From the NCBI GenBank assembly GCA_947304135.1, contig CAMYZZ010000001.1:24872-88871 (forward strand): DNA of 64,000 nucleotides, given 5' to 3'. Under the pieces are notes generated by a model. The model worked only from the letters and a program-made list of their open reading frames with translations. It had not been told where the DNA came from and ran no database searches. Shown here in pieces: positions 1 through 7,750 of the stretch. Both the position numbers and the translations under genes were made by a program. Origin of the DNA: an uncultured Candidatus Saccharibacteria bacterium. Its GTDB lineage: Bacteria > Patescibacteriota > Saccharimonadia > Saccharimonadales > Saccharimonadaceae. Position 1 is the stretch's first letter. The number at the start of each line of letters is the position of its first letter.

Positions 1-118
1 TGTTTTTTGTCTTTTGTCATAGAAAAAATCCCGTCAAGTGATTACTCAGTAATAGTATCATATTTGACGGGACTTGTCGATATTTTGGGTGTAGGCTATA
101 GTTGGTTGCGCTCTGGAA

Positions 119-1084
119 TTAGATGGACTCTAGGTATTCTACCCATTTTTCTACACAGATAGTAGAAGCTGGGCCATCTACAGGATGATAGAGGCCTGGG
201 GTACTGTTTACTTCTACACAGTGGTCGCCAAAATAATCGATGCCGATGACTGGAAGACGAGTGATATTAGCGATAGCTTCGGCTTCTTGGCGCTTGGCGT
301 CGGTGATTTTGTCTGTGATATCAACCATAGTGCCACCTTTGCCGGTGTTGCACATGCCTACGACCTGGACTTTTTCGCCAGACTCTGGAGTGTAATCTGC
401 GAGATTGTGTTTTTTGAGATATTCGTCGGAAGATTTTTTGTCTATGTAGTTTAGATTGGAGTGGTATGGCTCGGTGCGGATGGTTGAGTTTTCTATATCT
501 ATCAGCTCGGAGACCATATGGACACCATCGCCAGTGACCTGAGCTGGAATGCGTGCATAGGCTGCGACGAACTTGCCACCAATGCAAATGATGCGAATTT
601 CCGGCTCGTCGGAAAATAGCTGCTGCTGAGCTAGAATAGTAGTTTTGGAATTACGCGAATAGATATAGTCGTTGGTAGCAACTGCGTCCTCGTAGGTTGT
701 GAGGTCGGTAAATACATCGTTGCCATGAGCGCCGTCGGACGGCTTGATAACAATTGAGCCGTGTTTTTTAACTAAGTCTCTAAGCTCGTTCTTGTAATTA
801 TCTCTGGATAGAACGATGGTTTCTGGCTGAGGCACGCTAATAGACTGGAGTAAATGATAAGTCGCGAGTTTGTCGTCTGCTAGGACGCCAGAAAAATACG
901 AAGTGGCTGGGGCAGCGCAAGAACAGAACTCTAGCTTTTTGCCGTCTGGACGAGTCGCAAAAATAAAGCTCTCTTTGCCACGAATAACGCTGGCTTCTTT
1001 CCAGCCGTGGGCTTTGAAGATTGGGACAGCGGAGCGCAACGTCATAGGGAGAATATTTGGGTCAATTTCGAAAAGATTTTCCAT
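119..1084 (-). CDS. ATP-grasp ligase, cyanophycin-synthetase/GshAB-like ATP-grasp domain only
   Basis: Motifs ADDKLATYHLL, IVIKPSDGAHG, RIPAQVTGDG, GIDYF..VEVNSTPG. Start moved to ATG 1084 (MENLFE), 6 nt after TATAAT; the longer ORF-track start runs through a terminator and another small ORF. Confidence 0.8.
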   Translation of the reverse strand: MENLFEIDPNILPMTLRSAVPIFKAHGWKEASVIRGKESFIFATRPDGKKLEFCSCAAPATSYFSGVLADDKLATYHLLQSISVPQPETIVLSRDNYKNELRDLVKKHGSIVIKPSDGAHGNDVFTDLTTYEDAVATNDYIYSRNSKTTILAQQQLFSDEPEIRIICIGGKFVAAYARIPAQVTGDGVHMVSELIDIENSTIRTEPYHSNLNYIDKKSSDEYLKKHNLADYTPESGEKVQVVGMCNTGKGGTMVDITDKITDAKRQEAEAIANITRLPVIGIDYFGDHCVEVNSTPGLYHPVDGPASTICVEKWVEYLESI

Positions 1085-1106
1085 AACGTCATTATACATC
1101 TTAAAA

Positions 1107-1137
1107 CAAAAAAATGCGACAGGAGAGCTCTGTCGTA
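1107..1137 (-). terminator. Intrinsic terminator after the 44-aa small ORF
   Basis: Minus strand TACGACAGAG-CTCTC-CTGTCGCA followed by a T run. Confidence 0.75.
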
Positions 1138-1143
1138 TTATTT

Positions 1144-1278
1144 TTATAGGGCGGCGCCGACGATACGTTCTTCGACGAGGCCGGTGGACATATTTCGCAC
1201 AACGAGATCGACGCCATTGGCGGAGCGCTCGATGCGGTGGGTAGCCCAACCCGATGCGTCACGTATGACAAGTGACAT
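1144..1278 (-). CDS. Unannotated 44-aa small protein (MSLVIRDASGWATHRIERSANGVDLVVRNMSTGLVEERIVGAAL)
   Basis: SD GAGGAGGT 5 nt before ATG, upstream TAAAAT -10, TAA stop followed by a terminator; below the ORF-track length cutoff. Confidence 0.7.
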   Translation of the reverse strand: MSLVIRDASGWATHRIERSANGVDLVVRNMSTGLVEERIVGAAL

Positions 1279-1333
1279 GTATTACCTCCTCACTTTCGTA
1301 ATATTTTAGCGCGGGTGGGAAGTAATGTAAAGA

Positions 1334-1687
1334 TTAATTTTTGGAAGCTTCTGCGGCTGGGATGCCAAGCGATTCGTCGGACAAAGGAGTGGCAGAGAAA
1401 GGAGATTCTAGGTTGTCTATCACATCGACAGCTTCTTCATAATGGTCGATAAAATCGTTTAAAACTGGCGCGTCAACGTTGCCGGTGGAGCTGAACGAGT
1501 AGTTGGACTCTGGCTTGGTTTCTACTTCTTCTTCGTCTGGGAGGAAGCCTGGGCGGGAGCGATCTAGATAGATGTCTCCGGAATTGTGGTAGATTACGAG
1601 ACTGGCGATGGTGGTGACTAGTGAAATGGAAATCGCTAGGACGCCAAGGATGAGGAGATTTTTGGAGTGAAGGCCGCTTTCTTGCAT
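1334..1687 (-). CDS. Hypothetical single-pass membrane protein
   Basis: N-terminal hydrophobic helix, acidic remainder; start overlaps the upstream stop. Confidence 0.75.
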   Translation of the reverse strand: MQESGLHSKNLLILGVLAISISLVTTIASLVIYHNSGDIYLDRSRPGFLPDEEEVETKPESNYSFSSTGNVDAPVLNDFIDHYEEAVDVIDNLESPFSATPLSDESLGIPAAEASKN

Positions 1688-2238
1688 TATTTGTTCTCCT
1701 TTTCGGTTTGATCTGTTGAGGTAAGTGAGTTTCTGAGAAGTTTGACGTCGGTCAAATATTCTGAGAAAAGATTGCGCATGTTGGTAGTAGTAGTGGAGAG
1801 AGTGGCGCGCTTCTCGCGAGTGTTGACAAGCTTAGTATAGAACTCTTCTGGAGAGCTTTGACAATCTGTGGCGATGAGGTCTTCTAGGGCTTGGCTATAG
1901 CTGGTGTAATCGGAGATGAACTGTTTGCGAGTATCAATGATGCGCGAGTGGATGGTGGTGAGATTGGCATTTGGGCGACCGCTGCTAATGAGACGGAGGT
2001 CTAGTGGGGTGATGTAGTTTGCAATTAATGATTCGTAAGCAGAACCAAGATAAGCACGGGAGCGGGCATCGGTGCGCTGGAGAGTTTTGAGAGACTGTTT
2101 GGTGGTGGCGCAGTGTTGAGAGATGGCGCCTTTTTGATCGTCGTTTAGGTCGGTAGCGCTGGCAGACGCGGCAAAGCAGAAAATAGAAACTAGGGCGAGT
2201 GCTGGGACGGCTGCCAAAATAAGCTGTTTCTTAGACAT
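1687..2238 (-). CDS. Hypothetical secreted helical protein
   Basis: Signal peptide MSKKQLILAAVPALALVSIFCFAASASA; ATG 6 nt after TGCTATAAT. Confidence 0.75.
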   Translation of the reverse strand: MSKKQLILAAVPALALVSIFCFAASASATDLNDDQKGAISQHCATTKQSLKTLQRTDARSRAYLGSAYESLIANYITPLDLRLISSGRPNANLTTIHSRIIDTRKQFISDYTSYSQALEDLIATDCQSSPEEFYTKLVNTREKRATLSTTTTNMRNLFSEYLTDVKLLRNSLTSTDQTEKENK

Positions 2239-2286
2239 ATTCATATTATAGCACGAAAAAACATCTTCAAAGGAAGATGCTAGACA

Positions 2287-2362
2287 TGGTCGGGGCGACA
2301 GGGCTCGAACCTGCGACCTCACGGTCCCAAACCGCGTGCGCTACCAACTGCGCTACGCCCCG
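2287..2362 (-). tRNA. tRNA-Pro(UGG)
   Basis: Cloverleaf CGGGGCG...CGCCCCG-ACCA, anticodon loop TTTGGGA, GTTCGAG T-loop, encoded CCA. Confidence 0.95.
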
Positions 2363-2409
2363 AACATATAATATATTGTAGCATATCAGGTGGGAAAATT
2401 CAAGGGGAG

Positions 2410-3978
2410 TTATTTGGAGAGCTCAAAAGCGGTAAGATGCTTATCGGAAAAATCGGAAACAATATGGTAGTCTTTGAGAACGTCTGGGAATTCGTAGTCT
2501 GTGGTATTTTCTGGGACCTCACTAGTTTTGACTAGGTACCAGATTTTGTCTTGGCCTTTTAGGAATTCTGCGTCGTTTTCGACCATATTATATTTGTAAC
2601 GTTCTATCGGCAGGAAGGAGTCGTATGGAGTGTTGACGAGCGCATCTAGACCATAGACTGGAGTCTTGTCATTAGAATAGAAGACTGCATCATAATAAAC
2701 CCACTCGTCTGCTGGAATGATTGGCGTACCTGATTCGGAAATTGCATCAATAGCAAGGACAGCTTGCTTAACGTAGCTTTCGGTTTCGCGAGTTTCGACA
2801 TTGATGACGCCAAGGATGGCGGTGCTAATAGTAGGTAGGACAAGGGCGGCGGAGAGCGCAAGTCTGACAAGGACGGTGGCGTGGATGGATTTTTGCTTGG
2901 AGTGCTCGGCTAGATTTTTTTGGTGGTTCTGGCAAACGAATTTTGCAACGATAGTGCCAATCAGTGCCCAAAGGAGGGCAGCGGCATAGGTGACGTAGCG
3001 ACTGACAAAAATCGGTTTGAATGGCGGGACGCTCAGGAGCATTAGAATAATTGGCGGGATAAAAACTAGACTTGCGAGCAATAGGAAGCTTTGTTTTTCT
3101 CTTGCTTTGAAAGCTTTGTAGATTTTGGCTCCAGCGAAAATAACGGCAAGAATTGTGGCGAGGAGGAGTACTACCAGCCAGTTTTTTGCAGCACTAGCAT
3201 CTTTAAAAATGAGGGCTTCGGAAATATAGCTGGCGGCAGTACCGAATGACAATTCCGGGATCCAGAAGCCACTTTGGACGGAATTGGTCTGAGCGAGGAA
3301 CGACGGTATCCATGGAATGTAAAGCAAGACGGCTAGCGCATAGGTCAGCAGGAATTTTTTGTCCCAAATTTTGGCGCGACGGGCGGCCATATAATATATA
3401 ATATGCGCGAGCCAGGCGATGGCGGTGAAATAGTGCGTCCACATGCCAAGTGAAATCAGGATCGCATATAATATATAGTAACGAGTTTTCTTGGTTTCTA
3501 ATGCTATGTCTAGAACATAAGTCGCAAGAGCGACGATGAAAAAGACCAGCATATACATGCGCATTTCTTGGCCATAGCGGACAAACATCGGGGAGAGTGT
3601 AAGGAAAAATGTGGCGACGGATGCGATTTTGAGACCGAACCAGCGCCTTAGTAAATAGAACAAAATAATAATCGTAAGAGCGCCAAAAAATACTGACATG
3701 AAACGGAGCGCAACGTCGGAATAGCCAAAAATTAGCGACCAAATTTTGAGACAGAAATAGTAGAACGGCGGGTGGACGTCGGAAGCGGTTAGACTCCAAA
3801 TGTCGCCAAAATTGCCACGAATAAGGTAGGCTGAATAGGACTCGTCAAACCAAATTGAATTTTTGAGGCCAACCATGCATAAGACCATAAATAAAACGGC
3901 GCATGAAACTGGCACTATGATACTAAAAAAGATTTTTAGACGGTTTGATTTTTTACCTTTTTGGTTTTCCCTGTTCAT
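2410..3978 (-). CDS. GT-C fold glycosyltransferase (family 39/PMT_2, ArnT-like)
   Basis: SIWFDESYS, DVHPPFYY, LRFMSV, QEMRMY, HYF motifs; multiple TM helices. Confidence 0.85.
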   Translation of the reverse strand: MNRENQKGKKSNRLKIFFSIIVPVSCAVLFMVLCMVGLKNSIWFDESYSAYLIRGNFGDIWSLTASDVHPPFYYFCLKIWSLIFGYSDVALRFMSVFFGALTIIILFYLLRRWFGLKIASVATFFLTLSPMFVRYGQEMRMYMLVFFIVALATYVLDIALETKKTRYYILYAILISLGMWTHYFTAIAWLAHIIYYMAARRAKIWDKKFLLTYALAVLLYIPWIPSFLAQTNSVQSGFWIPELSFGTAASYISEALIFKDASAAKNWLVVLLLATILAVIFAGAKIYKAFKAREKQSFLLLASLVFIPPIILMLLSVPPFKPIFVSRYVTYAAALLWALIGTIVAKFVCQNHQKNLAEHSKQKSIHATVLVRLALSAALVLPTISTAILGVINVETRETESYVKQAVLAIDAISESGTPIIPADEWVYYDAVFYSNDKTPVYGLDALVNTPYDSFLPIERYKYNMVENDAEFLKGQDKIWYLVKTSEVPENTTDYEFPDVLKDYHIVSDFSDKHLTAFELSK

Positions 3979-4020
3979 ATAGATATTTTAACAGTTATTT
4001 GATAAAATATAAAGGCGAAT

Positions 4021-4096
4021 CAGGGTGTAGCGCAGTTGGTAGCGCGCAGCGTTCGGGACGCTGAGGTCGTCGGTTCAAGTCCGATCACCCTGACCA
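4021..4096 (+). tRNA. tRNA-Pro(CGG)
   Basis: CAGGGTG...CACCCTG-ACCA, anticodon arm CAGCG-TTCGGGA-CGCTG. Confidence 0.95.
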
Positions 4097-4106
4097 TTTT
4101 TTGTGT

Positions 4107-5147
4107 TTAGCTATTTGGAGAGAGGAAGAGTTTGACCATTTTGAGGAACATTTGACGGTCGGATTTTTCTAGTTTTCTGTAGGATTCGTAGATTTTTGGA
4201 ATGACGCTTGGGCCGGTTTTCATCATGTCGTTTGGAGTGCCAACTCCGCTATCTTCTAGGACTTTAAAAACAAGGTCGAAGAAGGCTTCTTTTTCTTTGT
4301 TGGTGAGCTTGTTGATCCAGCGTTTGAGAGCACGGTCGGCAATGTCAGACTTTTTGTTGATGGTGGTGCGGATGAGCTTGCCGGTTTTGAGGCTGACATG
4401 CCAGGAATAAATATTGTGCTGGAATAGTAGCTTAGCATCGCTTTTTACGACTACGGTTTTTTCGGTATGGTTAAGCAAACGGCCGACAAAAGAATCTTGC
4501 GGAATATAGTTGACGACGTTTTCTGGAATGCTGTGCGCAAATTTTTGGGAAAGACCAGGTGCGTCAAAGCTGTAGACATTTTTGATTTTTGACTTGATGG
4601 ATTTTTTGGCAGTCGTGACAGCATACATGGAAAGCGTGCCACCTTTGGAATGGCCAACTAGACAATAATCAAATTCTGGATATAGCTTGAATATGTATTT
4701 GAGATATTTTTTGGCGGATTTTTGAGCAGGAATAGTATCCAGAATCGCCATGTTGCAATCTTCGCGCCAGCCGTTTAATGTGCTGTCTGTGCCAGTGTAA
4801 GAAATCACAACTGTACCACCAGGAATGTAAACTGAGATAGCAGAAAACTGTTCCGTGGTTCTTTTGTTGGCACGTTTTTTGAATTCGAAAGCAGGCAAAT
4901 CGCGGTAGCGTTTGGTTTTGCTCATTCTTTCTATGAGCTTTTTGTCTTCTGGCCAAATGTAATGTTTGTCGGCAACATGTTCCATTTTTTTAGCAATGGA
5001 AGAAACAGACTCGACTTTTTGCATTTTGATTTGATCGAACGGAAGATAGGAAAAACGCGACAAAATCATGGCGTCAATTTCAGTTAGCGGGCTTTTGGCG
5101 GAAAACTTTTCTTTGCAATTTTTGTTGAGATAGTCAAAGACGTCCAT
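4107..5147 (-). CDS. DUF2974 (Mbeg1-like) alpha/beta hydrolase
   Basis: EIDAMILSRFSY, QFSA, GTDSTLNGWRED, nucleophile GHSKGG, FDAPG, VGRLL, H near C-terminus. Confidence 0.85.
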   Translation of the reverse strand: MDVFDYLNKNCKEKFSAKSPLTEIDAMILSRFSYLPFDQIKMQKVESVSSIAKKMEHVADKHYIWPEDKKLIERMSKTKRYRDLPAFEFKKRANKRTTEQFSAISVYIPGGTVVISYTGTDSTLNGWREDCNMAILDTIPAQKSAKKYLKYIFKLYPEFDYCLVGHSKGGTLSMYAVTTAKKSIKSKIKNVYSFDAPGLSQKFAHSIPENVVNYIPQDSFVGRLLNHTEKTVVVKSDAKLLFQHNIYSWHVSLKTGKLIRTTINKKSDIADRALKRWINKLTNKEKEAFFDLVFKVLEDSGVGTPNDMMKTGPSVIPKIYESYRKLEKSDRQMFLKMVKLFLSPNS

Positions 5148-5162
5148 ATCTTATATTATACC

Positions 5163-5192
5163 AAAAAGCTACGCCTTTTGACGTAGCTTTTT
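5163..5192. terminator. Bidirectional-type intrinsic terminator
   Basis: AAAAAGCTACG-CCTTTTGA-CGTAGCTTTTT. Confidence 0.75.
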
Positions 5193-5209
5193 GTAAGTTT
5201 AACGGCGTA

Positions 5210-6157
5210 CTAGCGCATCATGCCGCGACCGGTTTGGCCAGGCTGCTGGTTGGTCCGGCCGGGCTGCTGACCACCGCCACCGTTTGCAAATTGATTGGTG
5301 ATTTCGGTGGTTTCAGTACCGTTTACAATCATTTTGCCACCAGTGTATTTTGCGGTACCGTCGTAGTCGAATGGAGACTGGGCGGTAATTGTAAGTGTAC
5401 CACCATTGATGTAGAGATCGCCATTTGAGTCAATGGCGTCAGTATCGCCCTGACCCATGTCAATCGTGATATCTCCGCCATTGATCTCGACCTTGACGGA
5501 ATATTTGTCGGATTTGTTGGCGGCGTTGATACCGTCGTCTGTGGCGGTAATTTTGAGTGTACCGCCATCAATCACGACATAAGTAGCCTCAAGACCTTCG
5601 GCAGCAGTGATGGCGACATCGCCGTTTTTGATTGTAAGTTTGCCATCCGCGTGGATACCGTCGTCATCAGCTTTTACCACGAGCGAGCCCTCGCCGGCGA
5701 TGGTTAGATCGCCTTCGGAATTGATACCGTCGCTATCTACAGCGCTGGTGATTTTATTCACGCCAATGAGCTGGATTTCTACGTTACTTCCCTCCTGACA
5801 TTTGATAGCGGCGCCATCGTTGCCGGTGGTTGTAACGCCGTTTAATATAATTGTGACTTTTTCTGTAGTATCAACAGAAATTTTGCCCGTGATAGCTCCA
5901 GTAAAAGTATAGGTGCCGCCGGAAGCAATTTTGTTGCTACCGTTTTTTAGCTCTGTGGAGCTTGTAGCAGCGCTAGAGGTTTGACTGTCAACAACTTCTG
6001 TGTCGGCAGAAACGATAGTTTCTGATTCGGTTGCCTGGTGACTTATAACATAAAATCCACCAAACCCTAGTCCCGCCACCAACGCACTGGCGCCGATGCC
6101 GAGTGCGATTTTTTGACCTAATTTGAGGCCGCCAAATTTATAAACTTTGTTACTCAT
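5210..6157 (-). CDS. Carbohydrate-binding beta-helix protein (Cthe_2159/DUF4353 family), membrane anchored
   Basis: GTYTFTG, IILNGVT, DGINS, DDGIHA, DDGINA, DTDAIDSNG repeats; N-terminal TM; Gly/Gln tail. Confidence 0.85.
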   Translation of the reverse strand: MSNKVYKFGGLKLGQKIALGIGASALVAGLGFGGFYVISHQATESETIVSADTEVVDSQTSSAATSSTELKNGSNKIASGGTYTFTGAITGKISVDTTEKVTIILNGVTTTGNDGAAIKCQEGSNVEIQLIGVNKITSAVDSDGINSEGDLTIAGEGSLVVKADDDGIHADGKLTIKNGDVAITAAEGLEATYVVIDGGTLKITATDDGINAANKSDKYSVKVEINGGDITIDMGQGDTDAIDSNGDLYINGGTLTITAQSPFDYDGTAKYTGGKMIVNGTETTEITNQFANGGGGQQPGRTNQQPGQTGRGMMR

Positions 6158-6820
6158 TTATAATTCCTCCTCTATCATTGGATGTGACAAAGCAACTTTG
6201 AGGTTGCCGTTTTTGACACGAATTTTATCTATAAAATCTTTTTCGTTGATTTTATTCTTTGTCTCGATATCATAGGTTAGCTCAAACATACTACCCATGT
6301 TGGTAGTTTTGGTTTTGATGAGCTTGTGCTTTTTGGTGTAAATTTTGAAAATATCATCAAACATTTCGGTGTAGTCAAGATCTTCTGGAATAAGAATGGC
6401 GAGCTTTTTGTTGAACGAATTGTTTTCGCCAAAATTAACATATTTTAGGAATGCGATAATCGCAGAAACGATGGCCGTGAAGATTGCTGCAAAGGCAACA
6501 TAGCCGGTACCGACCGCAAGACCAATCGCCATCGCAAAGAAAATGGAAAGGATGCTTCTGGAATTTCCTGGAATAGAACGGAAGCGGACAAGCGAGAAGA
6601 CGCCGACCGTGGCGACACCTGCGCCAAGGTTGCCGTTGACAAGCATGATAGCCATTGCGACGAGCATTGGTAAAATTGCAAGCGTGGTGACAAAACCGCT
6701 ACTGGCGCGGCTGGTCTTTTTGTGGACTAATGCTACGATTAGTCCGAGTACGAGGGCGACGCCCAGACAAATGAAGAAATTCGCCGGAGTTACGCCCGAA
6801 GTAATAATACTTTGAAACAT
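6158..6820 (-). CDS. DUF4956 membrane protein
   Basis: VNGNLGAGVATVGVFSLVRFRS, FFAMAIGLAVGTG, IPEDLDY, TTNMGSMFELTY, RVKNGNL; SD GGAGA. Confidence 0.9.
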   Translation of the reverse strand: MFQSIITSGVTPANFFICLGVALVLGLIVALVHKKTSRASSGFVTTLAILPMLVAMAIMLVNGNLGAGVATVGVFSLVRFRSIPGNSRSILSIFFAMAIGLAVGTGYVAFAAIFTAIVSAIIAFLKYVNFGENNSFNKKLAILIPEDLDYTEMFDDIFKIYTKKHKLIKTKTTNMGSMFELTYDIETKNKINEKDFIDKIRVKNGNLKVALSHPMIEEEL

Positions 6821-6828
6821 ATTTCTCC

Positions 6829-7527
6829 TTAATAAACATTGTGATTATATATTACTTTTTCGGTGACGCGTCCGTATTTTGAAAATGACGCGGGATAAAT
6901 TTTTAGCTTGGAAAGTGCACGGACAAAGAAAAATGGATAGGCATCTAGTGCTTTTACTTCCATCACGACAATTCCTTTTTTGAAAAATTTTTTGCCATGA
7001 TCGCCTTTTTCTAGCCTTAAATTGTTGTTCCTGCTACGAACGTTGCGGTCAAAGGTGACACGGAAAGTCGGGTCATCTTTGCTACAATACGAGGTTCGAT
7101 CGTAGGCTAAGAACATGGTTGGCTCAAGGCTATATCTCTCTATACAAGTGTCTAATTCTTTTTTGATAACTTCCGAATTGCTGTCTAGCTGCCCGGTTTT
7201 TAGATATTTGTAGAAATCGGAAAGCTTGACTGGGATACGGCGTTTACTGCCGACACCGTTAAATTTCTTCTTGATTTCTAGAAAAACTGTGTCGCTTAGT
7301 TTTGGGACACCATAACTTCTAATACGGATTTTTTCTTTGTACACTGGCTTTTCCATGGAATGAATTGCAAGGTAACGATTTTTGTTATCGAAATAAACAC
7401 TGCAGTTCGTTCCTTTGAAATATTTATCCTTTTTTAGATATGGCGAAACCTGCCACATCAAGTCTTGGACCTGCTTTTCCGTCAGCAAGTATTTGATTTC
7501 TTGGCGACGGAAAATTTGTTGAGCCAT
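6829..7527 (-). CDS. VTC (polyphosphate polymerase, CYTH/TTM-like) domain protein
   Basis: FRRQEIKYLL, SVYFD, KEKIRIRSYG, FLEIKKK, KRR, YDRTSY, RVTFD, MEVK, FSKYG. Start MAQQ with SD AAAGGA. Confidence 0.9.
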   Translation of the reverse strand: MAQQIFRRQEIKYLLTEKQVQDLMWQVSPYLKKDKYFKGTNCSVYFDNKNRYLAIHSMEKPVYKEKIRIRSYGVPKLSDTVFLEIKKKFNGVGSKRRIPVKLSDFYKYLKTGQLDSNSEVIKKELDTCIERYSLEPTMFLAYDRTSYCSKDDPTFRVTFDRNVRSRNNNLRLEKGDHGKKFFKKGIVVMEVKALDAYPFFFVRALSKLKIYPASFSKYGRVTEKVIYNHNVY

Positions 7528-7599
7528 GTTAATCCTTTCTACCAAAACATTCATTTTGGTAGCTTTATTATAACTTTTATAACTTAAAAGAACCTTAAC

Positions 7600-7750
7600 G
7601 GAACGTGGGCGACTAAAACAGACTATTGCAGTTCGGGACTTGCGAACTTGTAAAAAATACAACACCTTCTAGGTGCTGTATTTTTTACGTTCGCAAATCT
7701 GGTCTAAATCTCATTACGAACTGCAATAGTCTGTTTTAGCCACCCGTTCC
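7600..7750 (-). repeat. ~150-nt near-palindromic rod directly after the aspS stop (REP/MITE-like element or structured RNA)
   Basis: Outer arms include a 23-bp perfect IR (CTAAAACAGACTATTGCAGTTCG); inner arm ~25 bp; several mismatches are G-U wobbles on the minus strand. Confidence 0.8.

Noticed and set aside
119-1249. Full cyanophycin synthetase CphA, and the 376-aa ORF-track start
   Set aside because: Only the ATP-grasp part is present, with no Mur-ligase-like domain; the N-terminal extension crosses a terminator and a separate small ORF.
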